A stretch of 64,000 nt of DNA from Dehalococcoidia bacterium (GCA_963665735.1 OY762444.1:1068231-1132230), one strand, 5' to 3'; shown: positions 35,546 through 44,871, counted from the stretch's first letter. Made by a program: numbers and translations. The notes: generated from the sequence alone by a model not told the origin.

Positions 35546-36508
35546 ATGAGTCCAATGACCCTCCGCGAGAAGCCCGCCAGGACAATCCTCAACCCCGCCA
35601 ACGGTTTCATCGGCGAGTACGACTACACCCTCAATCCCTACGCCGGCTGCGCCTTCGGCTGCGGCTACTGCTACGCAGCCGCCTTCACCCAGAAGAACGC
35701 GCCGGCCGGCGCATCCTGGGGCCGGTGGGTCGACGTCAAGACCAACGCGCCCCTCCTGGCGCAACAAGCCGTGTCCCGAAAAGAACTGGACGGGAAGACC
35801 GTCTACATGAGCTCCGTCACCGACCCCTGGCAGCCGGCGGAGAAAACCCACCGCGTCACCCGCCGCATCCTCCAGGCCATGGCCAAGGCCAGGAACTTCG
35901 GACTGACCCTCCAGACCCGCAGCCCGATGGTCGCCGAGGACCTGGAATACATCGCCGCCGTAGCCCAGGGCGAGGGCAACGAAATCCAGGTCAACGTGAC
36001 CGTCTCCACCGACGACGAGGAGGTACGCCGGGTCATCGAAGCCACCTGCCCGCCCACCGAGGCCAGGGTGGAGGCCTTGGAAATCATCGCCCAAGCCAAC
36101 GTGGAGAACCTCCACGCCTGCTTCACGCTGACGCCGCTATTGCCGCTGCGCGACCTCAAAGGGTTCGCCCAAAGGCTGTTGGCCACCGGGGTGAGGAGAT
36201 TCATAATCCAGGAAACCCACGACACCACGCCTTCGGCCATCGGCAACCTGAAGGCCGTCACCCGGGACACACTGCCGGAGCAGCTGGCCCGGCTGTACGG
36301 CATCCCGGTGGAAAGGGTCCACGCCCGCTACCGGAGGGAGTACGAGGAGAACGCCCGGATCCTGACGGCGGAGCTGACCCGGGACCCCGACATGAAGCTG
36401 GGGTTCGGAAGAAAGGGTTTCGGGCTGCCCTTCGAGAACCGGACCGGGTGGCATTCTCCCCGGAACCGGCCCGAGTACACCAAGGCGACGTCGAGAAATT
36501 GGAGATAG
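35546..36508 (+). CDS. Radical SAM protein (SplB / DNA-repair-photolyase-like family)
   Basis: NPYAGCAFGCGYCYA carries the CxxxCxxC cluster. Start at the internal ATG after AAAGGGGGAGAG. Confidence 0.8.
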   Translation: MSPMTLREKPARTILNPANGFIGEYDYTLNPYAGCAFGCGYCYAAAFTQKNAPAGASWGRWVDVKTNAPLLAQQAVSRKELDGKTVYMSSVTDPWQPAEKTHRVTRRILQAMAKARNFGLTLQTRSPMVAEDLEYIAAVAQGEGNEIQVNVTVSTDDEEVRRVIEATCPPTEARVEALEIIAQANVENLHACFTLTPLLPLRDLKGFAQRLLATGVRRFIIQETHDTTPSAIGNLKAVTRDTLPEQLARLYGIPVERVHARYRREYEENARILTAELTRDPDMKLGFGRKGFGLPFENRTGWHSPRNRPEYTKATSRNWR

Positions 36509-36512
36509 ACGC

Positions 36513-36827
36513 ATGAGCCAGGAACAAACCCCGAAACCCCGGGACGGCGACCCCCGGGCCGTATTTCCCTGGGACGAGGGATACCGGGGCGACGACCCCC
36601 AGGACAGCCACCGTCTGCTGGCATACGTCACCGTGGGAACCATCGCCAGCAACCACGACCAGCAGATCGAGTTCGACGACGACCGGAAGGGCGAACCCCT
36701 CTGGGACGACCTGACCCCGGAACAACGGGAGGAAATCATCGACCACGTCGTCGCCTGGGGGTGGAAGCAGCTCCACGAGGACGGCATTTGCCAGGCCATC
36801 GACCAAGCCCTGGGGAGGAACCGATGA
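36513..36827 (+). CDS. Hypothetical protein
   Basis: 104-aa ORF. Confidence 0.55.
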   Translation: MSQEQTPKPRDGDPRAVFPWDEGYRGDDPQDSHRLLAYVTVGTIASNHDQQIEFDDDRKGEPLWDDLTPEQREEIIDHVVAWGWKQLHEDGICQAIDQALGRNR

Positions 36828-37141
36828 CCGCCCCGGAACTCACGGCGGCAAGGCCGGAGGACGCCCGGAGTCTGCTGGGGGAGATAGCCCGGTTCTACCG
36901 GCTGAACCCCGAGGCCTGGACCGACGACGACAACCGGGCCGGTGAATCCAACGGAGTACGCTACTCCGTGCAGGAACTGGTGCGGGTCCTGGGCGCGCAC
37001 CTGCCCGAAAGGGAACTGGAACTGGCCCGGGTCAAGCTGCGGGCCACCCGGCGGCTGGTCCAGCGAAGGATCGACGGGAAGAACCCGCCCCAAGGGGGCC
37101 GGGCCGCCTACCGCTGGGCCCGGAAGGCCGCGGCGCTATGA
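36824..37141 (+). CDS. Hypothetical protein
   Basis: ATGA overlap with the upstream stop. 105 aa. Contains LLGEIARFYRLNPEAW. Confidence 0.55.
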   Translation: MTAPELTAARPEDARSLLGEIARFYRLNPEAWTDDDNRAGESNGVRYSVQELVRVLGAHLPERELELARVKLRATRRLVQRRIDGKNPPQGGRAAYRWARKAAAL

Positions 37142-37872
37142 GCGGCGCCGGAGAAGGAGAAACAACCATGCCGACCGTCACGAAAATAGAAGACTTCCGG
37201 GCGGGACCGGAAACCACCGCCGACGACCTGCTCCATGCCGCTGAACTGATGCTGGATAAGGACCCGATGATGTGGGGACCGGCAAGGACCACCGGGACAT
37301 GGTGGCACGACGGACAGGTCATCCGGCTCCGATACCAGTACACCCTGCGGGACATGATCATAATGCTGAGCGTAAACGCGCCCGTCGATGCAACGGACGA
37401 AGCCCTGGAACGGTTGGAAAGCGCCGAACCCTGGGGCATCAAGAACTTCCGGGACTACGGCATCGAACCCGGGCTGGCAACGGCCCGGGAGTGGATCGCC
37501 CGGGCGCGGGAACAGGGGACCTGCGACACGTCAACCATCGTGAAACACCGGGCAGGGAACGACGCCACCGCCGACCAGGTGCTGGAAGCGGTGGACCGGC
37601 TGCTGGATGAGAACCCCGGTATCTGGCACCCCTTCGACCTGGAGACTTGGTGGCCCGGCAGTGAGAACCGCCGTCACATTCGCCGGTACAGCCTGGCGAC
37701 ATTGATCAACCAGGTGGGGATGACGGCGGCAACTGAGGCAGTGGAAGAAGCCCTGGAAAGGGTGAGGAGAACCGAGCCGCCGGAGGTTTCCGGTCACGAC
37801 CTGAACGACCCTCACCCGGGACCGGAGGCAGCCCGGGAGTGGATCGCCCGGGCCCGGCAACTCAGACAGTAA
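37138..37872 (+). CDS. Hypothetical protein built of two copies of a ~115-aa repeat
   Basis: ATGA overlap with the upstream stop. Both halves share ...TADDLL.A.E..LD..P..W...TWW... and end with EPG/GPEAAREWIARAR. Confidence 0.65.
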   Translation: MSGAGEGETTMPTVTKIEDFRAGPETTADDLLHAAELMLDKDPMMWGPARTTGTWWHDGQVIRLRYQYTLRDMIIMLSVNAPVDATDEALERLESAEPWGIKNFRDYGIEPGLATAREWIARAREQGTCDTSTIVKHRAGNDATADQVLEAVDRLLDENPGIWHPFDLETWWPGSENRRHIRRYSLATLINQVGMTAATEAVEEALERVRRTEPPEVSGHDLNDPHPGPEAAREWIARARQLRQ

Positions 37873-37907
37873 ACCCATCCCGACCAACGACAGAGGAGGC
37901 CCCCGAT

Positions 37908-38264
37908 ATGCCGCCCATTCCCAGAATAAACAAATACCGCGTCGGCCCCGAATCCACCGCCGACGACCTGCTGGAAGCGGTGGAGCGACTGCTGGCCGAC
38001 AACCCCAAGGTCTGGGCCCCGGCCAACTCGACCACGACGTGGGCAGGCGAGGACAATCTCCCTCACCGCCACAACTACAGCATGTCCAGCATCGTCAGCC
38101 AGGTCGGCATGGAAATGTCCGAGGCCGCATTTGAAGAAGCCGTGAAACGTCTGATGGACTGCATACCGCCGGAGATAAACGGCTTCCGGATGGGAGATGC
38201 CCACCCGGGGCCGGAGGTAGCCCGGAACTGGATCGCCCGGGCCCGGCAGGGAGGAAAAATTTGA
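37908..38264 (+). CDS. Hypothetical protein, single copy of the same ~115-aa repeat
   Basis: Internal ATG after GAGGAGG. Shares RVGPESTADDLLEAVERLLADNPKVW and the ending HPGPEVARNWIARARQ. Confidence 0.65.
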   Translation: MPPIPRINKYRVGPESTADDLLEAVERLLADNPKVWAPANSTTTWAGEDNLPHRHNYSMSSIVSQVGMEMSEAAFEEAVKRLMDCIPPEINGFRMGDAHPGPEVARNWIARARQGGKI

Positions 38265-38581
38265 TGAAATACCTGGTCATCACCCTGGTATCAGGATTCA
38301 TCATCGGGTTCGCCAGCTACATCGTCTGGACAATAATGCCAGGGGCCGAAGAATTTCGCGCAATGGCGCTAATCGTGGCGGCCTGCGTGGCCACCATGGG
38401 CCTGATGATGGCAATTCACCCCAGGTTCGAGTGGTTCATGGTATACGCCCCGGCCATTTTCTCCGGGTACCTCGTCGCAGTCCTGGTGAAACTGAAGCTG
38501 AGCCATCTCTGCTGCGAATGCCAGTGCAGGCTGAACAGCCAGAAGCGCTGCAAGAAAGCCGGGGAAGGAGAGAAAACCTGA
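38261..38581 (+). CDS. Small membrane protein
   Basis: 106 aa with three hydrophobic helices and a Cys-rich tail (CCECQC). ATGA overlap with the upstream stop. Confidence 0.55.
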   Translation: MMKYLVITLVSGFIIGFASYIVWTIMPGAEEFRAMALIVAACVATMGLMMAIHPRFEWFMVYAPAIFSGYLVAVLVKLKLSHLCCECQCRLNSQKRCKKAGEGEKT

Positions 38582-38883
38582 TGGAATACTTCATGATCCT
38601 GGCGGCGGGATTCGCCGCCGGGGTGATCTGCTGCTTGGTCGACGACCGGCTGGCAAACCGGGTCAACGGGGAGATTCACCGGATGACCGCCGCCCTTCTG
38701 GTAGCCGTGGTAGTAACCACCCTGATGATGGAATTTCCCCTCAGGAAAGTTGACCCCGGACTCGGTGATATGCCCATCTACGTCCTGGGCCTGGCCGCCG
38801 GGTACGCCTTGAAAATCCTGCACAACCGGCGACGGAACGGCAGCCGCGAAGATACTCACCACCAGGGAGGAGATAAACCTTGA
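38581..38883 (+). CDS. Small membrane protein
   Basis: The internal ATG overlaps the upstream TGA by 1 nt. 100 aa, hydrophobic. Confidence 0.55.
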   Translation: MEYFMILAAGFAAGVICCLVDDRLANRVNGEIHRMTAALLVAVVVTTLMMEFPLRKVDPGLGDMPIYVLGLAAGYALKILHNRRRNGSREDTHHQGGDKP

Positions 38884-40361
38884 ACACCGAAGAATTCCTG
38901 CAAGCCATTGAACCCGGAGAGAAAAAGTGGAACCAACAGGGGAAGGAGAACTTCCCCTTCCGTTTCCTGTACGCCGCCGCCCGTCTCATGGAAGGCGTCA
39001 TCATGGAAACCGCCCACGACTTCACCGAATACAACCGGGACCACCTGGAACGGGACTCCATAGCCCTGGCCAACGTGGTTGCCGGGCGGGTCGCCGACTG
39101 CCGGAATCCGGGGAGTTTTGAACCGGCTGTGAAGTGGGAGATGAGACGGCTCCGGGACCTCCACGGCGGCGACGTCTTCGAAGATTGGCCCTTCGGAACC
39201 CAGCTGTTCGTCCTCGCTGCCGCAATCATCGCCGGCACGGTGTACCGGAAGAGCCGGCAGTACGACCGGTACGACGAGCAGGACCTGCGGCTGGACGGAG
39301 TGCAGCTGGTGGCCCTGATGGCGCTGAACCTGGAGGCCGGGGAGAAGGGAGAACCCGCGGCGGCGAAGAAGAAGTGCAAACCGGCAGACGGGTGCGGGAG
39401 GAACCGGAAGCCCGACCGCCAGGTCGCGGTCAGCCACCGGAACTATTCCCGGATGCAGCGGTTCGCGGTGCCCATGGACGACGACTTCAACAGCACGTTG
39501 TCCAAGATAATGGACTTGGCCGAGGCCGGACACCGCCGGGATGAGGCGAAGGACGGCGGCCCGGAGATGTTCTACGACCTGATGAACCGGCTCACGGGAA
39601 GGACCGACCGGAGGAAGCCGTCGGAGCCGGGGGCTTTTCCCCGGGAGGCCCCGGTCCCGGAAATCCTCTTCCGGGAGATTCCCGACACGGGAGCGCCGAA
39701 GCTGGAAGTGATCACCAAGGAGAACCGGATCCCGGAGATTTCCGCACCGGAAGTTGAAATACCGGAGGAGTCTCCCGGTGACGACCACACCGCCAGCTTT
39801 TCCACTGAGGAACCCGCCGTGGAAGAACAGCCCGCCATGGCAGCAGAACCGGACGTGGGACAGCCCGTCGTGGAAGAACCCGGGGACGTGAACCAACCGG
39901 ACGTGGAACAGCCCGCCACGGCAGCAGAACCCACCGTGGAACAGCCCACCGTGGCAGAAGAACCGGACGTGGAACAGCCCACCGTGGAACAGCCCACCGT
40001 GGCAGAAAAACCCCGGCGGAGGAACAACCCGCCCCCGGAACCCTCCACCCCCCAGAACGACTACCGGCTTCCCATCATGGAGGCCCTCCGGGAACGGGGC
40101 GGCCGGGCTCCCGCCGGCGCCGTCATCGAACTGGTCCACCAGAGAATGGAACAAAGCCTGCATCCCGCCGACGAGGCCAAACTGGGGAACGGACGCCCCC
40201 GGTGGAAGAAGATGGTCGAGTGGGCCGGCAAGGAACTGGTGACGGAAGGAAAACTCAGCGACAAGTCCCCCCGGGGAACCTGGGAACTCACCGCGGCGGG
40301 GTTCAGCGAAGTGGGAGGCTCCCCGGAGCCGGAGTACCAGCTCCGGGAATCCCTGCGGTAG
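38880..40361 (+). CDS. Hypothetical protein with an acidic Pro-rich tandem-repeat region and a C-terminal Mrr_N-like winged helix
   Basis: 493-aa ORF. The C-terminus YRLPIMEALRERGGRAPAGAVIELV...RPRWKKMVEWAGKELVTEGKLSDKSPRGTWELTAAG resembles the N-terminal wHTH of Mrr-type restriction proteins. Confidence 0.7.
   Translation: MNTEEFLQAIEPGEKKWNQQGKENFPFRFLYAAARLMEGVIMETAHDFTEYNRDHLERDSIALANVVAGRVADCRNPGSFEPAVKWEMRRLRDLHGGDVFEDWPFGTQLFVLAAAIIAGTVYRKSRQYDRYDEQDLRLDGVQLVALMALNLEAGEKGEPAAAKKKCKPADGCGRNRKPDRQVAVSHRNYSRMQRFAVPMDDDFNSTLSKIMDLAEAGHRRDEAKDGGPEMFYDLMNRLTGRTDRRKPSEPGAFPREAPVPEILFREIPDTGAPKLEVITKENRIPEISAPEVEIPEESPGDDHTASFSTEEPAVEEQPAMAAEPDVGQPVVEEPGDVNQPDVEQPATAAEPTVEQPTVAEEPDVEQPTVEQPTVAEKPRRRNNPPPEPSTPQNDYRLPIMEALRERGGRAPAGAVIELVHQRMEQSLHPADEAKLGNGRPRWKKMVEWAGKELVTEGKLSDKSPRGTWELTAAGFSEVGGSPEPEYQLRESLR
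39819..40013 (+). repeat. In-frame 15/18-nt tandem repeats
   Basis: Units of the type GTGGAACAGCCCACC and GTGGCAGAAGAACCGGAC encode VEQPT / VAEEPD-type repeats. Confidence 0.7.
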
Positions 40362-40371
40362 AGGCGCGACG

Positions 40372-40710
40372 TTGGAACTCTTCAGAGCGTTCTCAACCCC
40401 ACTGCTGGTGATGGTCATCATCGCGGGAGCGTTGGCCCTCACCGGCCTGCTGGCCTACGGCAATCTCCGGCCCCACCCCGAACCGGAGAGAGATGAAGAA
40501 CTGGACTCCAGGGCCTGGGAACACTATGGCATGAGCCTGATGTCCCTGGCCGTCATGGGCCTGTCCCAGATGCAGGAGAACCTACTGGCCCACTTAATCC
40601 TGTTGATCGCCGGCATAATCGCCGGCAGGATCCACATCAAGCGGTTCGTGGAAACCTTGAGTAAACGGTCCGGCCCCGACCGGACTACGGGAAGCGGAGG
40701 GGAGAGATGA
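40372..40710 (+). CDS. Small membrane protein
   Basis: TTG start. 112 aa with hydrophobic helices. Confidence 0.5.
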   Translation: MELFRAFSTPLLVMVIIAGALALTGLLAYGNLRPHPEPERDEELDSRAWEHYGMSLMSLAVMGLSQMQENLLAHLILLIAGIIAGRIHIKRFVETLSKRSGPDRTTGSGGER

Positions 40711-40955
40711 AGGAGACCGAGGCGCCGCAGAAAACCGTGGGATACGTCTGGGGCAAGCCGGTGGGGTTCCAGCTGAACTTCGCGGCAGGCCGGACCACGT
40801 TGGAAGTGGACACCGGGCGCGCCGGGGTCGTGACGCTGCAAGTGGAAGACGTACCGAAGTCCCTGGAAAGCATCCTGGGAAAGACCGTCTTCGGGGTGGT
40901 GAACGACGACGGGAAAGCGCTGCGAATCACCCCCCAAGTTCACCCCGGTCACTAG
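40707..40955 (+). CDS. Hypothetical protein
   Basis: ATGA overlap with the upstream stop. 82 aa. Confidence 0.5.
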   Translation: MKETEAPQKTVGYVWGKPVGFQLNFAAGRTTLEVDTGRAGVVTLQVEDVPKSLESILGKTVFGVVNDDGKALRITPQVHPGH

Positions 40956-40992
40956 TCCCCCGTCATAAGCCCACCTCACGCCAAACAGCAGT

Positions 40993-41020
40993 AGTCAGCG
41001 ACCAGTGGACAGTGGCCAGC
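40993..41020. repeat. Heptanucleotide tandem repeat, locus c
   Basis: TAGTCAG CGACCAG TGGACAG TGGCCAG in the gap between 40955 and 41071. Confidence 0.6.
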
Positions 41021-41070
41021 CCACCCGTTCCCCCAGTCAACGGCCACCGGCCAACCGAAGGAGAGAATCC

Positions 41071-41295
41071 ATGACCGCCCAGCATCCCAACAAGTACTTC
41101 CAAAAGGCCCTGCAGGCCCACCTGGACCAGGACGACCTGGAATACGCCCTGGCCCATTGCAGCGTCACCCACGAGGAATTCCAGGAATTGAAGCAATTGC
41201 TGGCCGAGCAGGACATCCCCTGCGACCTGCCCAGCTGCCACTGTCCCCGGAACCGCCGGCACAAGTACTTCAACCCCGGGAGAAGAAGCCGATGA
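41071..41295 (+). CDS. Hypothetical small protein
   Basis: Internal ATG after GGAGAG. 74 aa. Confidence 0.5.
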   Translation: MTAQHPNKYFQKALQAHLDQDDLEYALAHCSVTHEEFQELKQLLAEQDIPCDLPSCHCPRNRRHKYFNPGRRSR

Positions 41296-41765
41296 CCCTG
41301 GCCAAAGACCAACCCGACCCCGGAATACTGGACGCCATCGAGGATATGGCCCGGTTCCACCGGGACGGCGCCCAAGGCGTAATCCGGAGGGCGGAGAGCA
41401 TCCCCTACGAGGACCGTTACGTGAAGATTGCCCGGGAAAAGCTGGAACGGGCCCAGTCCGTGCTGGAATGGGTGAACGAAACCCGTGCATCCCAATACGC
41501 CGAGCCCGAACTGGAGGAGGGCAGCGACTGGATCATAGTCATGCTCTACCGGGAATTCTCGGAGGACGTCTGGCGGGCCGGCTGGTACGACAGCCCCGAG
41601 AAGTCCGAGTCCACGCGAAAATCCTTCATGGACTGGCTGGAATCGGACCACTTTCCCCGGCGGATGAGCCTCACCGACTACGAGCGGGCCGCCATGCCCG
41701 CGCTCCGGGAGTGCCTCCGGGAAGCCCACACCCGGTTCAACGCCAGGTATTTTCCCGGCTCGTAG
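41292..41765 (+). CDS. Hypothetical protein
   Basis: ATGA overlap with the upstream stop. 157 aa. Confidence 0.6.
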   Translation: MTLAKDQPDPGILDAIEDMARFHRDGAQGVIRRAESIPYEDRYVKIAREKLERAQSVLEWVNETRASQYAEPELEEGSDWIIVMLYREFSEDVWRAGWYDSPEKSESTRKSFMDWLESDHFPRRMSLTDYERAAMPALRECLREAHTRFNARYFPGS

Positions 41766-41854
41766 CAGAACGGGGAAAACGCTGACCCCCGCCCATTGAT
41801 GCAAAACCACCCCGGCGTCCATAATCGGAATCCAAACTCCCAAGGAGAAAGACC

Positions 41855-42382
41855 TTGAACAGCAACGTGTATCACGTCCACTTTCTGGGCCACCAACTGC
41901 CCGAGTCCGAAGACCAACTCCGGGCCTTCTTCGACAAATACGTGGAGGACCTGGCCGGCCCGGAAAGGGACGAAATAACCCAAGTGGTCCAGAAGAGCAA
42001 CGTGGAAGACAGCTACCGCCTCACCGTCGCCGTGCCCCAGCGGCTGCAGGAAGTCGTGGAGCGCATCGCCCGGTCGGGATTGGAACCCGAATTCGAGGAG
42101 CCGGAGAAACCCCACGTGGAGGGAAATTCCTGCATCGTCCCCGGCACCTTCCAACTGCGGAAGTTCGGCGTGACCCTCCACCCACGCTCCATCTCCAACA
42201 ACCCGGAACGCCAGCAGATGATCGCCCAAGTCCTGGCGGACAGCGTGCCGGATTTCCCCGAGGAGGGGAAGGACTTCCTGAACTGGAACTACATCGAGTC
42301 CGACGAGGAGACCGGCATCGCCGTCATCCACTGGGGAGAGGATTCCGAGGAGGATGACGGGGAGCTGGTGCCCCTCTACTGA
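41855..42382 (+). CDS. Hypothetical protein
   Basis: TTG start after AAGGAGAAAG. 175 aa. Confidence 0.6.
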   Translation: MNSNVYHVHFLGHQLPESEDQLRAFFDKYVEDLAGPERDEITQVVQKSNVEDSYRLTVAVPQRLQEVVERIARSGLEPEFEEPEKPHVEGNSCIVPGTFQLRKFGVTLHPRSISNNPERQQMIAQVLADSVPDFPEEGKDFLNWNYIESDEETGIAVIHWGEDSEEDDGELVPLY

Positions 42383-42398
42383 ACCGGAGGAGAAGAAC

Positions 42399-42728
42399 AT
42401 GGGAAGAGAAGTCAGGCTGGTACCCCCGGGATGGGAACACCCCCGGGACGAACGGGGAGAGTACATCCCCCAATTCGACGAGAACTACCGGGGCGAGGAC
42501 GCCCGGTTCCAGGTGTACGAGAACATATCCGAGGGAACCCCGGTGACCCCCGCCTTCACCACCGAGGAGGAGTTGGAGGAGTACCTGGTGGAGGCCGGCG
42601 ACGACTGGGACCGGAAGCGGGGAACTTCGCCGCCGTCCCGGGGAGCCGTCCGGGAATTCATCAAGCATCGTTACGCCCCCACCGGCGCGCTGTGGAACGG
42701 CCGGGTCATCGGGCCCTACGAGGCCTGA
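42399..42728 (+). CDS. Hypothetical protein
   Basis: Internal ATG after GGAGGAG. 109 aa. Confidence 0.6.
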   Translation: MGREVRLVPPGWEHPRDERGEYIPQFDENYRGEDARFQVYENISEGTPVTPAFTTEEELEEYLVEAGDDWDRKRGTSPPSRGAVREFIKHRYAPTGALWNGRVIGPYEA

Positions 42729-42738
42729 GGAAACCAGC

Positions 42739-43395
42739 GTGAACGAGCCGCCGGCCTACCCCCGGACTCCCTGCTGGCCCACGTCGCCCTCCAAGCCGCG
42801 GGGAGACCGCAACACCCGGCACGCCGGGGAATTCCCCGGAGCGGACCTGACCGTCACTGAGAAGCTGGACGGCAGCAGCGTACTGATCCACGAGGGACGG
42901 GTACTCACCCGGGGAGGCGACCCCCACGCTCCCTGGCTGGCCATGGCCCGCAAGCATCACGGCTGGAAGCTCCGGGGACAACCCGGACTGTGCCTCTACG
43001 CCGAGGACATCTACGGGGTTCACAGCATCGCCTACGACCCGGTGCCCGAAGCGCGCACCCTCTACGTCTTCGCCGCCCTGGAGGACGGGCGGTTCCTGTC
43101 TTTTCCCGAAGTGGAGGAGATCGCGGAGCGGTTGGACATCCCGACGGTCCCGGTGCTGGTACGGGCCCGGTTCGACTCATTCGACTCAGTGGAAGAGTTG
43201 GAAGAATGCCTGCGGGAACACCACCGGGAACCCTCCGTCCTGGGGGGAGACCGGGAGGGGGTTGTGGTGAGGCATACCGCCGGGTTCAGCCGGGAGGAAT
43301 TCCACCGGCGGGTATTCAAGAGCGTCCGCGCCGGCCACGTCCAGACGGACGAACACTGGACCCGGAACTGGAAACCCTGCCGGATAGCAAGATGA
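42739..43395 (+). CDS. ATP-dependent RNA ligase-like nucleotidyltransferase (small stand-alone RNA_ligase family type)
   Basis: 218 aa with a GTG start. Motif I is VTEKLDGSS (KxDG). LYAEDIYG and EGVVVRH are consistent with motifs III and IV, and FKSVR with motif V. Confidence 0.75.
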   Translation: MNEPPAYPRTPCWPTSPSKPRGDRNTRHAGEFPGADLTVTEKLDGSSVLIHEGRVLTRGGDPHAPWLAMARKHHGWKLRGQPGLCLYAEDIYGVHSIAYDPVPEARTLYVFAALEDGRFLSFPEVEEIAERLDIPTVPVLVRARFDSFDSVEELEECLREHHREPSVLGGDREGVVVRHTAGFSREEFHRRVFKSVRAGHVQTDEHWTRNWKPCRIAR

Positions 43396-43399
43396 TAAG

Positions 43400-43678
43400 G
43401 TGGAAGTAATGGACCTGAACACCCTGCGGGCGGTGGCCCATTCCTACATCGACCAAGCCATCATCGAAGCCGTTACCGTGGACGACGACGGGGACCCGGC
43501 CGTTCACTTCCAAACGACGGAGGAGTACGAACTCCGGGCATCGAACACCCAGGGAGACCTGATGCAACTCAAGGCCGTCACCTTCGTCGCCGACGTGGTG
43601 AACGGCATCAACGGCGGCGAGATTGCCCCCGACGTCTGGCACGAATGCCGGTGCAGCAGCAGCCTGGAGAGTGGATAG
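43400..43678 (+). CDS. Hypothetical protein
   Basis: 92-aa ORF. Confidence 0.5.
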   Translation: MEVMDLNTLRAVAHSYIDQAIIEAVTVDDDGDPAVHFQTTEEYELRASNTQGDLMQLKAVTFVADVVNGINGGEIAPDVWHECRCSSSLESG

Positions 43679-43779
43679 CCGGGCCCGTCTCAAGGGATTG
43701 GCCAACATTGTACGGGGTCGCACGTCACCCATCTCCGGCCAATGAACACCGGAAAACGACCGTCGGCAAAGGAGGACCC

Positions 43780-44871
43780 ATGAACCACCTGATCCAAGAC
43801 CTATCCGCCCTGGCGGACCGGATAACCGCCGCGACGGAGCGTCTTTGACCTCCCCGCCAGGGAAAACACCATCGCCCGGATGGAATCCGAAGCCGCCCGC
43901 CCCGGTTACTGGGACGACCCTTGCCAGGCCCAGGCCCGGACCAAGCAACTCGAACGCCTGAAGGAAACTGCAACCATCTGGAACAACCTGCGTTCCCAAT
44001 CCCGGGAACTCCTGGAACTGGCCCGGATGGCCCTGGAAGAAGAGGATGCTACCCTGGACTCCGAACTGGCCGCCCGGGGCGAATCCCTGGCCGCCGACCT
44101 GGAACGGGAGGAGATCAACCTGGCCCTCTCGGGTACCACGGACGACCGCCCCGCCATCCTGTCCATCCAGGCCGGGACCGGCGGCGCCGACGCCCACGAC
44201 TGGGCCGGAATGCTGCTACGGATGTACCTGCTGTGGGCCGAGGCCAATGACCGCAGCGTCGAGACCCTGGACCTCGCACCCGGGGACAGGGGAGGAATCC
44301 GAAATGCCTCTCTGGAGATCGGCGGCAGGTTCGCCCACGGGTTCCTCCGAGCCGAGCGCGGCGTCCACCGACTGGTCCGAATCTCACCCTACAGCCCGAA
44401 AGGCGCCCGCCACACCTCCTTCGCCCGGGTGGAAGTCATCCCCGCCGCGCCGGAGGAAGAGTCCGAAATCGAAATCCGATCCGAGGACCTGAAGATGGAC
44501 CTTTTCCGCTCCGGGGGCCCCGGCGGCCAGAACGTCCAGAAGGTGAACTCCGCCGTCCGTCTGACCCACCTGCCCACCGGCGTCATCGCCGTTTGCCGGA
44601 CCGAGCGCTCCCAATACCAGAACCGGGAGTACGCCCTGCGGGTTCTGCGGGCCCGCCTGGAGGAATGTCGAAGAATCCGCCAGGCAGCGGAACGGGCCGA
44701 ACTGAAGGGTGAAACGCCCCCGCCGAATGGGGACGGCAGATCCGCAGCTACTTCCTGCATCCCCGGCAAATGGTGAAAGACCACCGAACCGGGTTCAGCA
44801 GCGCCAACGCCCAGGACGTGCTGGACGGGAACATCCAGGACTTCATTCACGCGTTTCTCACCAACCAATGA
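43780..44871 (+). CDS. prfB: Peptide chain release factor 2 (programmed +1 frameshift, plus an unexpected -1 frame break near the 3' end)
   Basis: ATG at 43780 after AAAGGAGGA. Frame 1 gives MNHLIQDLSALADRITAATERL and then TGA. The +1 frame continues with DLPARENTIARMESEAARPGYWDDP...GGPGGQNVQ (GGQ motif). The canonical C-terminus EWGRQIRSYFLHPRQMVKDHRTG...DFIHAFLTNQ-stop (ending at 44871) is reached only by a further shift at the C5 run 44717-44721. Confidence 0.85.
43836..43849 (+). promoter_or_regulatory. prfB programmed +1 ribosomal frameshift site
   Basis: GGAG-CGT-CTT-TGA-C. An SD-like GGAG lies 3 nt upstream of the classic CUU UGA C slippery/stop context. Confidence 0.85.

Noticed and set aside
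43780-44871. Interpreting the release factor as PrfH, the RtcB2-associated truncated RF.
   Set aside because: The protein is full RF2 length. It has the prfB-specific CUU-UGA-C +1 frameshift site and retains the domain carrying the SPF-position motif, which PrfH lacks. No rtcB gene is present in the window.
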